Shown: positions 1 through 11,520, numbered from the stretch's first letter. The stretch is 64,000 nt of DNA from Tubiluchus corallicola (GCA_030141605.1 JAQGDQ010000016.1:312282-376281), one strand, 5' to 3'. The notes: generated by a model from the sequence alone, not told the origin. Program-made: numbers and translations.

Positions 1-191
1 AGTGAGCCAGTACATGGCAGGCGGTACAAAGTGAGGTGGTACATGACTGCCTATATCTAAATAATTAATTAACATTAATTTAATTTCCATTCATCAAATC
101 AAAGTTTCACATTCAGCTGTTTTGTCGCCAATTTTGGTGTATTAGGCATTTTGCAAAACAAAATCAACACTTTGACGCTGTGTCGCAGTGT

Positions 192-1104
192 CATCATCAT
201 CATCCAATGAATCATACATCCAGGAACATGATTCTGTTCACCTCGGTATGCCAGAACTCCCTACTCGCTGCAATGCCCCAAGTGCATTTATCTATTCAGC
301 AAGGATCAGTGCTGAAGTGTTTAAATCTTTCTGTGCAAAATCTAAATATGTTGACATTTGTCCTCCTGCAGGTCTTTTTAGCTGGTTCTATGGCTTATTG
401 AAGAGCTATCTTCACTGGATTATCATCAGGTAGTCTAAGCATATGCCTAATCCATCTTAAACAGGGTCTTTTTATTTTCCTTGCCTAAGGTTCTTCTTTT
501 ATTTTTTTCATATAGATCTTTATTTGAGATTTTCTTTGGCCATCTGATACCCAAAATGCTTTTGTAATTTCGCCTTTGAAACACATTGATTTCAGCTTTA
601 TGATTTGCTTTTAATGTCCAAAGCTCAGAGTTGTACAGAAATACAATTTCAATTAAGGCTGAAAATATTGTAATTTTTGTTTCCAAAGAAATCTTCCTAT
701 TCTCAAAAACTGCAGTGAGTTTTGAGTAAGCTGATAATGCGATTATTTTCCATCTTGATATGTCATCTTCTGTTGCTAGCAACAGACTACCAAGATGCAT
801 GCATTTTTGCCATCATTCATCACCATGGCATATTATGTGAATTATTATCTTCAGTTTTATTTTTGTTTACTACGAGATCCATTCTTTTCACTTTCTCTTC
901 TATTGAGCTTTTTATTTAGTCTAATTCTACTTTGTTTCTTGCAATCCATGCCACTTCATCAGAATACTGCATAGGTATAATAGTTGACATACTTTGTAGA
1001 GAGCTGTAACAGTGTTCTTGTCGCTCTTCATTTGGTATTAATTCAGGATCAAGAATTGTGTAGTGGTGATCTTCTAAGTCTTTCAATGGTATAACGTTGT
1101 ATAC
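192..1104 (-). mobile_element. 5'-truncated, degraded RTE-group (RTE/RTEX-like) non-LTR retrotransposon: RT C-terminal half, 3' end and (GAT)n tail
   Basis: Minus-strand translation gives QYSDEVAWIARNK (degenerate YADD), MDLVVNKNKTE, LGSLL..EDDISR..IALSAYSKL..F..RKISLETKITIFSALIEIVFLYNSELW...FQRRNYKSILGIRWPKKISNKDLY, then RW..HMLRLPDDNPVKIAL. Stops and frameshifts are present. Ends in (GAT)4 at 192-203. Confidence 0.88.
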
Positions 1105-1116
1105 TGATCACCGTGT

Positions 1117-1824
1117 CATCATCATCATCTCTGGAGACACACATCAATTGACATGACCCTCCTGATCACTTTACTCCATGGTGCCCTGTCATCCACAACC
1201 TCCCATGTCTCTGTATTTTTGATATATAATGGTCTGATAATAAGATCTTTTTGGATGAAATTGATATAAGTCAGCAGCTGTCTTCCTTGCGGTTTCTTTT
1301 CTTTCTGCAGAGCTTCTTTTAAAAGCTAACTTTAATAGACTGTCAACTGGTAGTCACACAACATGTCCTTTCCATCTTTCTCGTTTGGATCTTAATTGTC
1401 CATTCCTCTGCCTTGACTTTATTGTACAGATCCTGGTTTGATATTTTTTGGCCATTGTATTCCTAGAATGTTCCTGTAGTTTCTTCTTTGAAATAAATCA
1501 ATTTCTGATTCGTGTTGTGCTTTGATTGTCCATAATTCTGAGTTATAGAGAAACACGGTTTCCACAGATGCAGCAAAGATTCTTAATTTTGAATCTAAAC
1601 AGATCATCTTACTTTCAAAATTTTTTGTTGAATATGCAGCTAGTGCTAAGATTTTTCTTCTTGATATATCTTCATCTGTTGCTAGAAGAATGCCTATGTA
1701 TTTAAATTTCCTCCACGCATATCTCCATTCCTTTTTATGTGATACTCTTCTGTTTTGTCTTTATTCAGTATGAGATCCATTTCTTTTAATTTCGCGTCCA
1801 TATTGATTTTGCTATCATCTATTT
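1117..1824 (-). mobile_element. Second 5'-truncated RTE-group LINE copy (diverged subfamily) with target-site duplication
   Basis: ORF 1419-1607 (LDSKLRIFAASVETVFLYNSELWTIK...FQRRNYRNILGIQWPKNI) is paralogous to the first copy. Tail (GAT)4 at 1117-1128. Flanked by identical tgatcaccgtgt(cat)4 at 1105-1128 and 1825-1848. Confidence 0.88.
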
Positions 1825-1836
1825 TGATCACCGTGT

Positions 1837-2275
1837 CATCATCATCATCATCATATGCCCATTACGTCTATTGTAGACATTGGGCGGACAGAACTCTAAA
1901 ATAAAAGAAATTTGCCCTTAAGACAGGTAAACACCGCAGTTAATCCAGCAAGAAACTAGACTCCGCTATGCCAGTGGCTTGTCAACGTGTCATTATCATA
2001 CGCCCGTCACGTCTATTGTAGACATTGGGCAGGCAGAATTCTAAAATAAAAGAAATCTGCCTTAGACAGGTAAACGCAGCAGTAATCCAGCAAGTAACTA
2101 GACACTGCTACGCCAGTGGCTTGTCAGCACCACTTCCGATTCATCATCATCATACGCCCGTCACGTCTATTGTAGACATTGGGCAGGCAGAATTCTAAAA
2201 TAAAACAAAACTGCCTTCAGACAGGTAAACGCAACAGTAATACAGCAAAAAAACTAAACATTGCTACGCCAATTC
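1837..2275 (-). mobile_element. Three tandem copies of a ~130-150 bp retroelement 3' end (stem-loop plus (GAT)n tail)
   Basis: Units start at ~1837, ~1991 and ~2142. Each reads (cat)n-a(t/c)gccc..acgtctattgtagacattgggc..cagaattctaaaataaaa...agacaggtaaac...aactagac..gcta.gcca. The same sequence recurs at 11351 and 19720. Confidence 0.85.
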
Positions 2276-2702
2276 ACGATTCACGCTCATTGCAACATTA
2301 CGACAATATGCATTATCTTCATTTTTGCAGTATGACTCTTTTCTTAGTACCAAGTTGCTGATCTGCGGCTTTATCTACGCTACGCACAACCTTAGCCGCA
2401 CGTTCCTAAATCGTTGAACCGTTTCATCCGAGATTCGAAAACGAAATGCGGACAATACATCTGTAATGATAAAACGTCAAAATGAATAATTAAAATGTTT
2501 AAGCTGCACCTAGCATGGAGACCTTTTGTTATGGAGATCCATTAGACTTAAATAGAACATTGTAGAATGTTCCAAGGCATAGTAGAACAATCTTCTTACC
2601 TTGTAGAAGTTCCGAGAAATTTCTATTTCTAGATTGTTCCCTGGCACTGATATATAACGCGGAGCTAGCCGCTGAAGTGTATTCTCTCACATCCTCTTGT
2701 AT

Positions 2703-3098
2703 CCTCGTATTCTCAGATACGCTTTCACATTTCCAGATTATCACACTTACTGTATACATTTCGCGTTCCTTCATACTTTTGTGTTGTAGAATTCTCGCAT
2801 AATAAACTAGTTTAATTTGACGACGGGTTTTCTGGTTTTTTCTACGAGCCTTCCGAGAGAATCAAAACCAACACCTTTAAGCACCTGGGCCCAGAAACCT
2901 CGTATTCTCAGATTCTCAGATACGCTTTCACATTTCCAGATTATCACACTTACTGTATACATTTCGCGTTCCTTCATACTTTTGTGTTGTAGAATTCTCT
3001 CATAATAAACTAGTTTAATTTGACGACGGGTTTTCTGGTTTTTTCTACGAGCCTTCCGAGAGAATCAAAACCAACACCTTTAAGCACCTGGGCCCAGA
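2703..3098 (+). repeat. Near-identical ~195 bp tandem duplication (2703-2895 and 2898-3098)
   Basis: Both copies run cctcgtattctcaga...aagcacctgggcccaga. The second has an extra ttctcaga. Confidence 0.95.
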
Positions 3099-6000
3099 TT
3101 CATGTACGTGTCATAAATTTATGCGAGTAAGTGCAATACGACACCTCTAAGACAGTGTCAAAAACCTTTCTTCATGTAACTGGGCAACTTAAGTCCAACT
3201 CACTTTTGATGACGTCAAATTAAAATGGCGAAGTTGATGAACGTGGATTGTAAATGCATGTAGCGCACAAACTCATGTACCGCAATTGCACTACTACCTG
3301 GCGTAATGTCTAAGCATAGTTATGCTGCTAGATTTACCTGACTTCTGATAAACTCAAACCCGAGGAATACTGTGTACCACGGTAATTGAAATCGTGTATG
3401 TCTTAAATACATTCATTTAATGGTCTTACTTGGCAGTGCATGTGCTATGCAAAACGTGTAATATTCATGAAGTGTTATTATCATTTTCTTTATATTTTTT
3501 GCTTTACTTAGATAATTATACTGAATTAATAGTAATGGTATAGTACAATCACTAACTGCTATGTCATTAGTGTCCAAAAAAGTAAATATAGATGTTTAAA
3601 GGCTGCATTGTGCTACTTGGTTTTTATTTTTTCTGTATATGACATGTCACCAGTATGTCACTATGTCACCAGTATTGTGACGGTTTGTGGGAATAAAACT
3701 AATATATTATAATTGGTCTGGGGCAATTTAACATCAGTGTTTCAAATCTAACAGCTCGGCTCACATGTTTTCTGTGAGTGTGAACAACTAAGCAAGAAAC
3801 ACTAAACAGACAGAGTTCGTAATTTACTAACATGTCAGGGTAATCACTAATTTCACCACCAAGCGTTTGGGTTCATGTTGGGGCAATTTTGCTATAGGAC
3901 TAGATTGTTTTACTAAACATAATCATCGAGTTATTAATCGTAAAACGTTTTCACAAAGTTTGAAATAGAACTATTAAATACCTGGATGCTGTGCAAATCA
4001 TACAGTACATTATTAAACAAGAACAAAGCAAAGAACAATCGTACATACAGGAAAAAATAATGTGTCCAGATTTATCAAGTAACAAGGAGTATACTCATGT
4101 TTATATGTAGCTCCTGATGGCCGTCTCTTCTAGGATGCACCAGGACGGTCCACAGTCCCAAATCCACGATCCACTACTGGGATAAGGAGGATGCTCCACC
4201 ACGTAGCCGACCCATGAGTCCTTACACGCCACAAGTAGTTTTGTCTGGAATCGCAGTCGTATCTCTGCGTCTCCACTACTAGCATAGCTAGGATTCTGCG
4301 GACTACACCACGATGTGAACACGCCACCACTGCTCTGAAAGTTCCAGAATCCCTCACAGGTTGGGTTGTCCATTAGCTCCTCTAAGTGAAGAAGTATGAC
4401 AAGGCAATTACTTCACTCCTGAGTCGTGCTGGTGCTACGTAAAGGGTGTCAATACAACATTGTGCATTTAATTATTGTCTCTCACAGGACATCAACTGAA
4501 TTTTGCCATTAAGGCCAAAATAAAACTCATAGACAAAACGTGTCTCAAAAACAGAAGACGAACAGAAGAACGGTACCAACTATGTCAACCAGATAAAAAC
4601 GTCTTCGATAGATATCCGTTCAACGGAAAATTCGGTACCTGATTGAAGCACGCAAAAATAGCGTAGATAAAATGACCTTGAATATAATGCATAGTATCCG
4701 ATGGCTTCTCTACTATTCAAAATCTTATAGTGATGAATGGCCCTGTATATCGGCCAGTTAGCTAGCGGTCATGCACCGCATGGCCGTGACAAGTATACAA
4801 ACACAAACTTGAAAAAAACTGTGAATCTAAGAAGTAAATACAGTTAATGATGCGATAATAAAAGAGCTAAACCCAAAGGTAAGCGACCCTTCAAGAGCCT
4901 CACTAAGCGCTTGAAGGGCTCATGAGCGTCACCTATCATGATGTCATTGAAACAGCCAATTGTAGCTCGAAGGGTGTACTGCCCTGAGCGTCTTATGAAT
5001 AAATACTCAACTACAAGCAAGGCTCAGCCTCAGACTCGCGGTTCCTTAATATTATGAGGACCGACAGGTTTATTTGTTGTGAAGTTGTTGCGAATACAGT
5101 TTTTTTCGAGCTGAATAAATCAGGATTGACAAGTTGGCAATCCTCTTGTACATTATCTTAGGCCTAACAGTGTAAGCTCTCTATTGATAACTGCATAATG
5201 TGACAAGGTAGAGGAGAGAAAAAAAGAGGAATAGAGAGACAAGGAAAAAAGAGCAGAATGGAAAAGAAGTGCAAAGGCGGGGAGGAGCTCGAAAGTATTT
5301 GAGAAGAGAGAAAAGTAGAAAGGAAGAATGAAGCAAAAATAAGTAAAGACAGAGGAAGGGATGCAAGGGGAAGGGAAACGAAGAGAAGAGAGGAGAGGAG
5401 CTCGAAAGTAGCCGAGAAGAGAGGAGTGGAAAGAAGAGGAGGCGTGAACAGAAGAAAAGAAAAGAAAACAAAACAAAAAAGAAAAGAAAATAGAAAGAAG
5501 AGAAGAAAAGAGGAGAGGAGAAAAGAGAAGAAAGGAAAAGGAAGGATAAGAAAAGAAAAGAAAGAAAAAGAAAAGAAAGCAAAAGAAATGGGAAGAGAGA
5601 AGAGGAAAAAGCAAAGCAAAGGGAGTTGAATATCAACTTCCAGTAGTACAGCATGTGCAAAATGTTGACTAATATGATTTTGATATGCAATAAAAAAGAA
5701 CATTATTCAACCAGTTACGACAGCAGCCGAGGTGTCGTAAAGTTAGACGCGCGGCTGAGACAAAATTTTGTTTAAAGCAAAATCAGCCCCAAATTTAAAA
5801 TGTAGGTCAAAATTATATACTCTTTAAAATATTGGAAGGAAACACACTATTTTTTCAAAAATGACTTACGTGAAGGAGTTGTTACCACACAAACACAATT
5901 TCACGTTCGCGCCACTAGTTATTCGCTGTTACATGCATCGCACCATTCGCTAGTTAGACAGGCATTAAGGCTTGCAGTTCGGAAACGCATTGCACACAAA

Positions 6001-6621
6001 AAAGACAGGTGGTGTACCTGTCAATTCAGATGTGTTAGTTTGTGACGAACTACACGCGTTCGATACCTCATGCGTGAGCAAGCGGTATATTTGAAAGTTG
6101 AATTTTTATCTTAAAACTTGCCTATTTTAGTACAGCATACTGAATATCTTACAGTACACTGTACTTCAATTTTCGCTTTTGCAAACACGTGCAACACGCT
6201 CGTGGAATATTTTTGCTGTCGGAAATTGTTAGTTTGTGATGTCGTCAATAGTTGGGTTCGCCAGCCGTTAATTAAGTGTTAATCTATTACTTAATTATCA
6301 GAAACGCTTTTGCAGTATTAATTGTGTTAAAATGTATACTTTTTATTGGACTTGAAAATTGTGCAGTATATGAAAAATCATCCTGTCTTCTTTTAAAGAA
6401 TCCCGTCTTAACTAGCTAAGTGCGCGCAAAGTTAGGCGCGACTAACTGCGATTTATGCCGTCTATTTCAATTCCGCTTAACTTTCCTTGTGGCGCTAAAA
6501 CTAGTCGCGACTGGGGTGCGACTAAGACGTCTAAATAAATTGAATACAAATATTTCCGCGCGCCTAAACACGCCACTTAAGACAACGAAGCGGTCGTAAG
6601 TGCAATACATGAATCCGGGCT
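3091..6621. mobile_element. PIF/Harbinger-type non-autonomous DNA transposon (~3.5 kb)
   Basis: 16-bp TIRs: ggcccagattcatgta (3091-3106) and tacatgaatccgggct (6606-6621; revcomp agcccggattcatgta, 14/16 match). A 3-bp CTG duplication flanks it (3088-3090, 6622-6624); CWG TSDs are known for animal Harbingers. No transposase ORF recognised inside. Confidence 0.75.
5209..5625 (+). repeat. Purine-rich (A/G) low-complexity tract
   Basis: Almost pure A/G run. It explains the spurious F/L/S-rich and K/R/E-rich ORFs at 5153-5703. Confidence 0.95.
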
Positions 6622-8820
6622 CTGCTCAGCAACTATCCTATCTATATTATTTTATAGCAGACTTTGAAGCAGCACTGATCGGAGGCAAAATATGATTGTG
6701 CATCAAAATGTAGTTTAGTCATTGCTGGTCAAGATAAATAAAACTGGTGTGTGTTTAACGATGCACGCGCGTATGCGGCAACACACAAACGAAATGACCA
6801 GTGACACTGTGCTGAATTTACACAAATTTCTCCAGACTACACATCGCAGACGACCAAAAATAATTTTGAATATCAAGTAAGAAGGCAATCAATTTGTTTA
6901 TTAAACTTTGGGCGCATGGTAACAGTGAGATCTCTGTACATGATGTTCCGTTAAGCAGTATAAACAATAGTGTGCCACAATAGTATCCTCCTTTTCTCCA
7001 GATCTTGAACCAACTGTTACTTCAAAGTAAAACTCGCACAACGTGCGATCGCAGTATGAGATAATGTCGCCCCCTTGCCCCGAAATTGAATTGCCCATCT
7101 ATCATGTTAGAGAAAGCGAAAAAATCGTCTGGGAAGCAACACATAGAATAGAGGTCACTTGCTTGAGACTGCACAAAAGTTATACGGGTACAAAATTTTA
7201 GAGATATTATGAGTAGCCTAATACAAGTGTGTTCATTTAAAGCAATCTTTCTTCACTGGGATTTAATTTGGACATTCGAAAATATTGCCAGGTTTTCCTA
7301 AGTGTCTAAAATATGGGAAACACTCTTTTAAAGAGTTAAAAAGTGTTGTCTGCAAGGCATTTCTACGTTCTACTTTTGAACTTCAAATTAAGTCAGTCAG
7401 TCCCCAGTAAAATCAAGCTAGGTTTAACACACCACCAGCCTGATTTGAAACTAGATTTAAATTACCTCTACCAGTTTTACACTACCTCCTTATTTTCTTT
7501 GACGATCGCATACTCCATATATGAAAGTGTGCGCCCCAGCTGCATGTGGTGTGCTAAAAGTACGGAGTCGCTGACTGAGTGATCTTTTTAGCATTACATG
7601 TATTAGAGTGAGAGTTACGAGGTATTCTTTGTTGGCTGCCAGTACGAGTACACAGACTGTGTAACGAATTTATTTGTGATTATATACACTCTGTGAGCCA
7701 CATACTAATATTCTTAAAATCAAAGACATTAATAAGTCTAAAAATGCATGTTTTTTTATACAAATCCTCAAATAATTAGTGCCAAATTTTTTGACTACGT
7801 TGTAAACCCCCAGAAATGTGCAACATTTTAAAGCTAAAAAACTTAGTATTCGTTAAACGTGGTTTAAATTTAGCACACAATCGTTTCTTACTATGTGATA
7901 CATTTTTTGTTAATAATTAGGGCACTCAAATTTTTTTATTTGTTCTCGCATGAACCTAAGAAGTTATACTCTAATGATACTAACATACAGTTACTCTATG
8001 TTACAGTCTATGTGACAAAATATATTTCGCGCGGTATTTTTTACTTTTGTAACGCTTGAGAAATCGCTCTTTCTAATTGCAATGAACTTTTCAAAAATTA
8101 TTATTATCTACAAATAAAAAATAAATTCAGCCGTATTAGGTTTCGCTTGTGTGTGTGTGTGTTTAATTAGAAACATTTATAATGTAGTTTTACGATACCC
8201 TAGGAAGCACTTTGAACTTAGTTTAAAATTACCTGTTCGTTTAATAAATGAGTGGGGTATTTAAACCGGTACACCGTTTTTAAGGATATGCGAGTTTACT
8301 CTATGACCCTTGTTGATTGATACTCATTTCATTTCATACGTGTATATAGGGTTACGTAGTGTTTGTAAACAAGGGAACTGTAAGCCACCTCTCTTTAAAC
8401 AATGAATCCGTCGAAAATTGTCTGTCTTTCATTTTAGAATTATACCTGTGTAATATCTGTAGACGTAATAGGCATCACACCGTCGATTCAATGACTCATC
8501 TTAGAGGCATAACCCTGATGATGTGTCAGGTCCCAGCCTAGCCACGATCATCTAATTTAAGTAAGACCTACTGTTATTGCAAATTGTATAAAAAAAGTTT
8601 TAACAATCGACATCCAAATAATTGTACTTTATTTTAATTAGTTTTATAATAATGTTTATTATTCGTAAAGAGTATTGTTTTATTATGTTTCTTAAAAGGA
8701 CAGCATTCAATATCTATTAAAATTTAAAAATTTATATTACACAGTTGTATTATTTATATTTTTAATTTTAATACGTCCCAAAATGTTAGATTAAAACAAA
8801 ATAAAAAAGCTGTTGTAGTT

Positions 8821-8862
8821 ATCGTCGTCATCATGATCATGATCACCATCATCATCTTTATT

Positions 8863-8896
<34 letters not shown>

Positions 8897-8920
8897 CCAT
8901 CAGCAGCAGCAGCAGCAGCA
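8821..8920 (+). repeat. Compound (CAT)n/(CAG)n microsatellite
   Basis: Directly visible. Confidence 0.95.
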
Positions 8921-9422
8921 GGATGTAGTTTGCCAATTATGATTAGAGAAACGTTTTAAGTAACATGTACAACGGACCTTTACCTGGCTATTGCAACTAG
9001 TTTTATGAACTTATGAACTTAGGTGTAACTTAGTGAATTCTGTTTAATATAGATTGCAATTTGATTTCACTATCATTATTTACCGTAATAAACGTGACAA
9101 ATGCCTGCAGGCAAATAAAAGGTCATTACTTCGTATGCGGAAGTCTTAATGTCGTATGTTTCGTAGAATACCAATTTAGTGTATGAGGATATAAAATGTA
9201 TTGCTGCTACTTCAAGAAACCATTAATTTAACATTTTGACCTGTCCTGGCCGAAATGAAACATGTCCGACGGGAAATAAATTAGCAAACAAACCACTGTG
9301 ACCACAACAGTCAGTAAACTTCACGTTTCATTACTGAGGCGCCGGGTGACGGTAGTTCGCGCTAAAAACCGGTTGGTGTGCATGAGTGTATTATTTCAGA
9401 AAAAAATTGCACAGCCGACAAT

Positions 9423-11255
9423 ATGATAATTCTTCGTGTGACAGACTTGGCATTTTTGATGATTCTTTTCTGTGTTGCATCGTCACCAGTCAAAGACCGG
9501 AATCTAGTGCGGCGAAACTTTGGGTCTGTTTTGCCTAGAAAGATCACCCAGGTAGCACCTCATCCTCTGATCATGCCGCCTCTTACAGACGTCTACGATC
9601 ATATATCGGCGTCAGTTGCGAGTGATTTCGCTAAACATGCTGCTTCTGCAAAGGAATTCCCAGCAAAGACAGATACAAAAGTCGAAGTCGCCGTAGTCAA
9701 CAGAAGTGAAGAATTGCCTGTGGAAAATGTCATTACTGATGAGCCTCCAACAGCAACCACTTACACGTCAACAATGACAACGCCGTACACAACGTCTGTA
9801 TTTAGCACAATTTTCGAGCCAAGAACTACTAAGTCACTAAGAAAAATGGCAGAAACACAACCTGCATTTCAGATACATCCTGACAACATTTTTGTAAGAA
9901 CTTTGGCGGGTGCAACGTCGTGTCCTGTTCAAGACCATTCAACGGAGCATCCTTGTTCGTTTAAAAAAGAGCTGGATATCGTCTGGGTAATTGATGTAAG
10001 CAGCCATGTCACTCCTCAAGGATTCAAAGAGGGACTGCACGTAATGCGTGACACTATAAAATTTATTCACGATAGGGGTGGTATTAGCTTTACTTCTACT
10101 CGGATGGCTGTCCTGTCTTTTTCTTCAGAGATACGAGTTGTTTTCAATCACATTCAAAACGGTCAATTTAGTAGCATTAACAATGTCTTTGATGGTTTGG
10201 TCGATATTAAGTATACTGGTGGAAATGCAGCCACTGGACCTGCTATACAAAAAGCCATATTCTTGCTAAAATACGATGGTAGGTTAGCTTCGGAAAAGTT
10301 AATTTTCGTGCTCTCCAGCGGAATATCAGACGTAGGTCCTATGCCATGCGCGGTAGTTGCTTATGCTCAGACAAAATATCCAGGTATTCACATATTTTCA
10401 CAAGGAATAGGATATTCTTTAAATAAAAAAGAAATTGAATGTTTAACAACACAGCCCAGCTCCGACGACGGCCAGCTAAAAGAGACAATATCGCATTTAA
10501 ATGGTAGCAGGTTAAACCAGAAGGCAGAAAACATTCGTTTAGTTAATAACGACAAACTACAAGATTACTTTGCAAAGTCAAGTCCACCTAATAGTGCAAA
10601 ACAGCAGCAATTTGGGTTTCCTGACCAAGCAGCGCAGTTGACTAGGCCTACTGGAGATGTAATTTTGCAAAAGCACTTTTATCACCCACCACCGTTTTTC
10701 AGGGTTAGCATGCAGAAGTGGCTCTTTAAACCTCTCCCTGTTACAGAGTTTCCCACAACTACTCCTTTTTTAACAACTACTTATGAAAATATACCAGGGA
10801 AACTTAGTCTTAAGAATCGTGGACAGGTTAACGGGTACCATTTCCCACTGTTTTTGGCGGCTGATCACTCTAATTTTCAGCCCTATAAACTTCGTTCTGA
10901 CACTGACCGCCGCCCAGTAATGGGCAGTGAACAATACTGGACACTACGAAAAAATTATGATCAACTTGTCGAAAAATCTTCGTTTTCTGGCAGGCATTCA
11001 TTGCAAAAAGAACCAAAAAACCGCAATATGCAAAACGCGCTTGGTCAAACTAGTGACAAAAGCAATTTGGCCCAGGAGCAACACAAACATGTCCTCGAAG
11101 CGAGAGTCTCCAAAAAGCAATCTACACTCAAGCAGGTGGACTTAGATCCGTTTACCATGGAGACAACTCCTGCAACTACATCTATCACATTGACAACCAC
11201 ATGGTATTCCACAACTACGGAATTAGACAGTACGACATCCCCAATTCTTCTGTAA
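9423..11255 (+). CDS. Secreted von Willebrand factor A (vWA) domain protein with Thr/Ser/Pro-rich mucin-like segments, 610 aa, apparently one coding exon
   Basis: 1.8-kb uninterrupted ORF in AT-rich DNA. The first ATG (9423) begins a signal-peptide-like MIILRVTDLAFLMILFCVASS. vWA fold at ~9972-10455: LDIVWVIDVSSHV...F...TRMAVLSFSS...IKYTGGNAATGPAIQKA...KLIFVLSSG...IHIFSQGIG...EIECL. Three Thr-rich blocks. AATAAA hexamers at ~12370 and ~12423. Confidence 0.9.
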   Translation: MIILRVTDLAFLMILFCVASSPVKDRNLVRRNFGSVLPRKITQVAPHPLIMPPLTDVYDHISASVASDFAKHAASAKEFPAKTDTKVEVAVVNRSEELPVENVITDEPPTATTYTSTMTTPYTTSVFSTIFEPRTTKSLRKMAETQPAFQIHPDNIFVRTLAGATSCPVQDHSTEHPCSFKKELDIVWVIDVSSHVTPQGFKEGLHVMRDTIKFIHDRGGISFTSTRMAVLSFSSEIRVVFNHIQNGQFSSINNVFDGLVDIKYTGGNAATGPAIQKAIFLLKYDGRLASEKLIFVLSSGISDVGPMPCAVVAYAQTKYPGIHIFSQGIGYSLNKKEIECLTTQPSSDDGQLKETISHLNGSRLNQKAENIRLVNNDKLQDYFAKSSPPNSAKQQQFGFPDQAAQLTRPTGDVILQKHFYHPPPFFRVSMQKWLFKPLPVTEFPTTTPFLTTTYENIPGKLSLKNRGQVNGYHFPLFLAADHSNFQPYKLRSDTDRRPVMGSEQYWTLRKNYDQLVEKSSFSGRHSLQKEPKNRNMQNALGQTSDKSNLAQEQHKHVLEARVSKKQSTLKQVDLDPFTMETTPATTSITLTTTWYSTTTELDSTTSPILL

Positions 11256-11350
11256 GGTTGTCTTTCAGTTTACAGTACAGTATTGCTCGCTATACAGTTT
11301 CCCTTTCGTTCAAATTTCGCGCGTAAAGAAAAGTTCGTTGGTAGTTGTTT

Positions 11351-11520
11351 CATCACCATAATTATGCCCGTTACGTCTATTGCAGACATTGAGCCGGCAG
11401 AATTCTAAAATAAAAGAGACTCCATCCTCAAGACAGGTCAACACAGCAATTATATAGCAAGAAACTAGTATGCCGGCCAGTGGCTTGTCAGCACTATTTC
11501 TGTTCCAAATTCACAATTGT
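11351..11520 (-). mobile_element. Copy of the stem-loop/(GAT)n retroelement 3' end, ~100 nt downstream of the vWA stop codon
   Basis: atgcccgttacgtctattgcagacattgagccggcagaattctaaaataaaagag...agacaggtcaacacagc...gccagtggcttgtcagcac aligns with the units at 1855-2130. Confidence 0.85.

Noticed and set aside
5153-5703. 150-180 aa hydrophobic ORFs (also 25762-26320)
   Set aside because: Artefacts of purine/pyrimidine low-complexity tracts.
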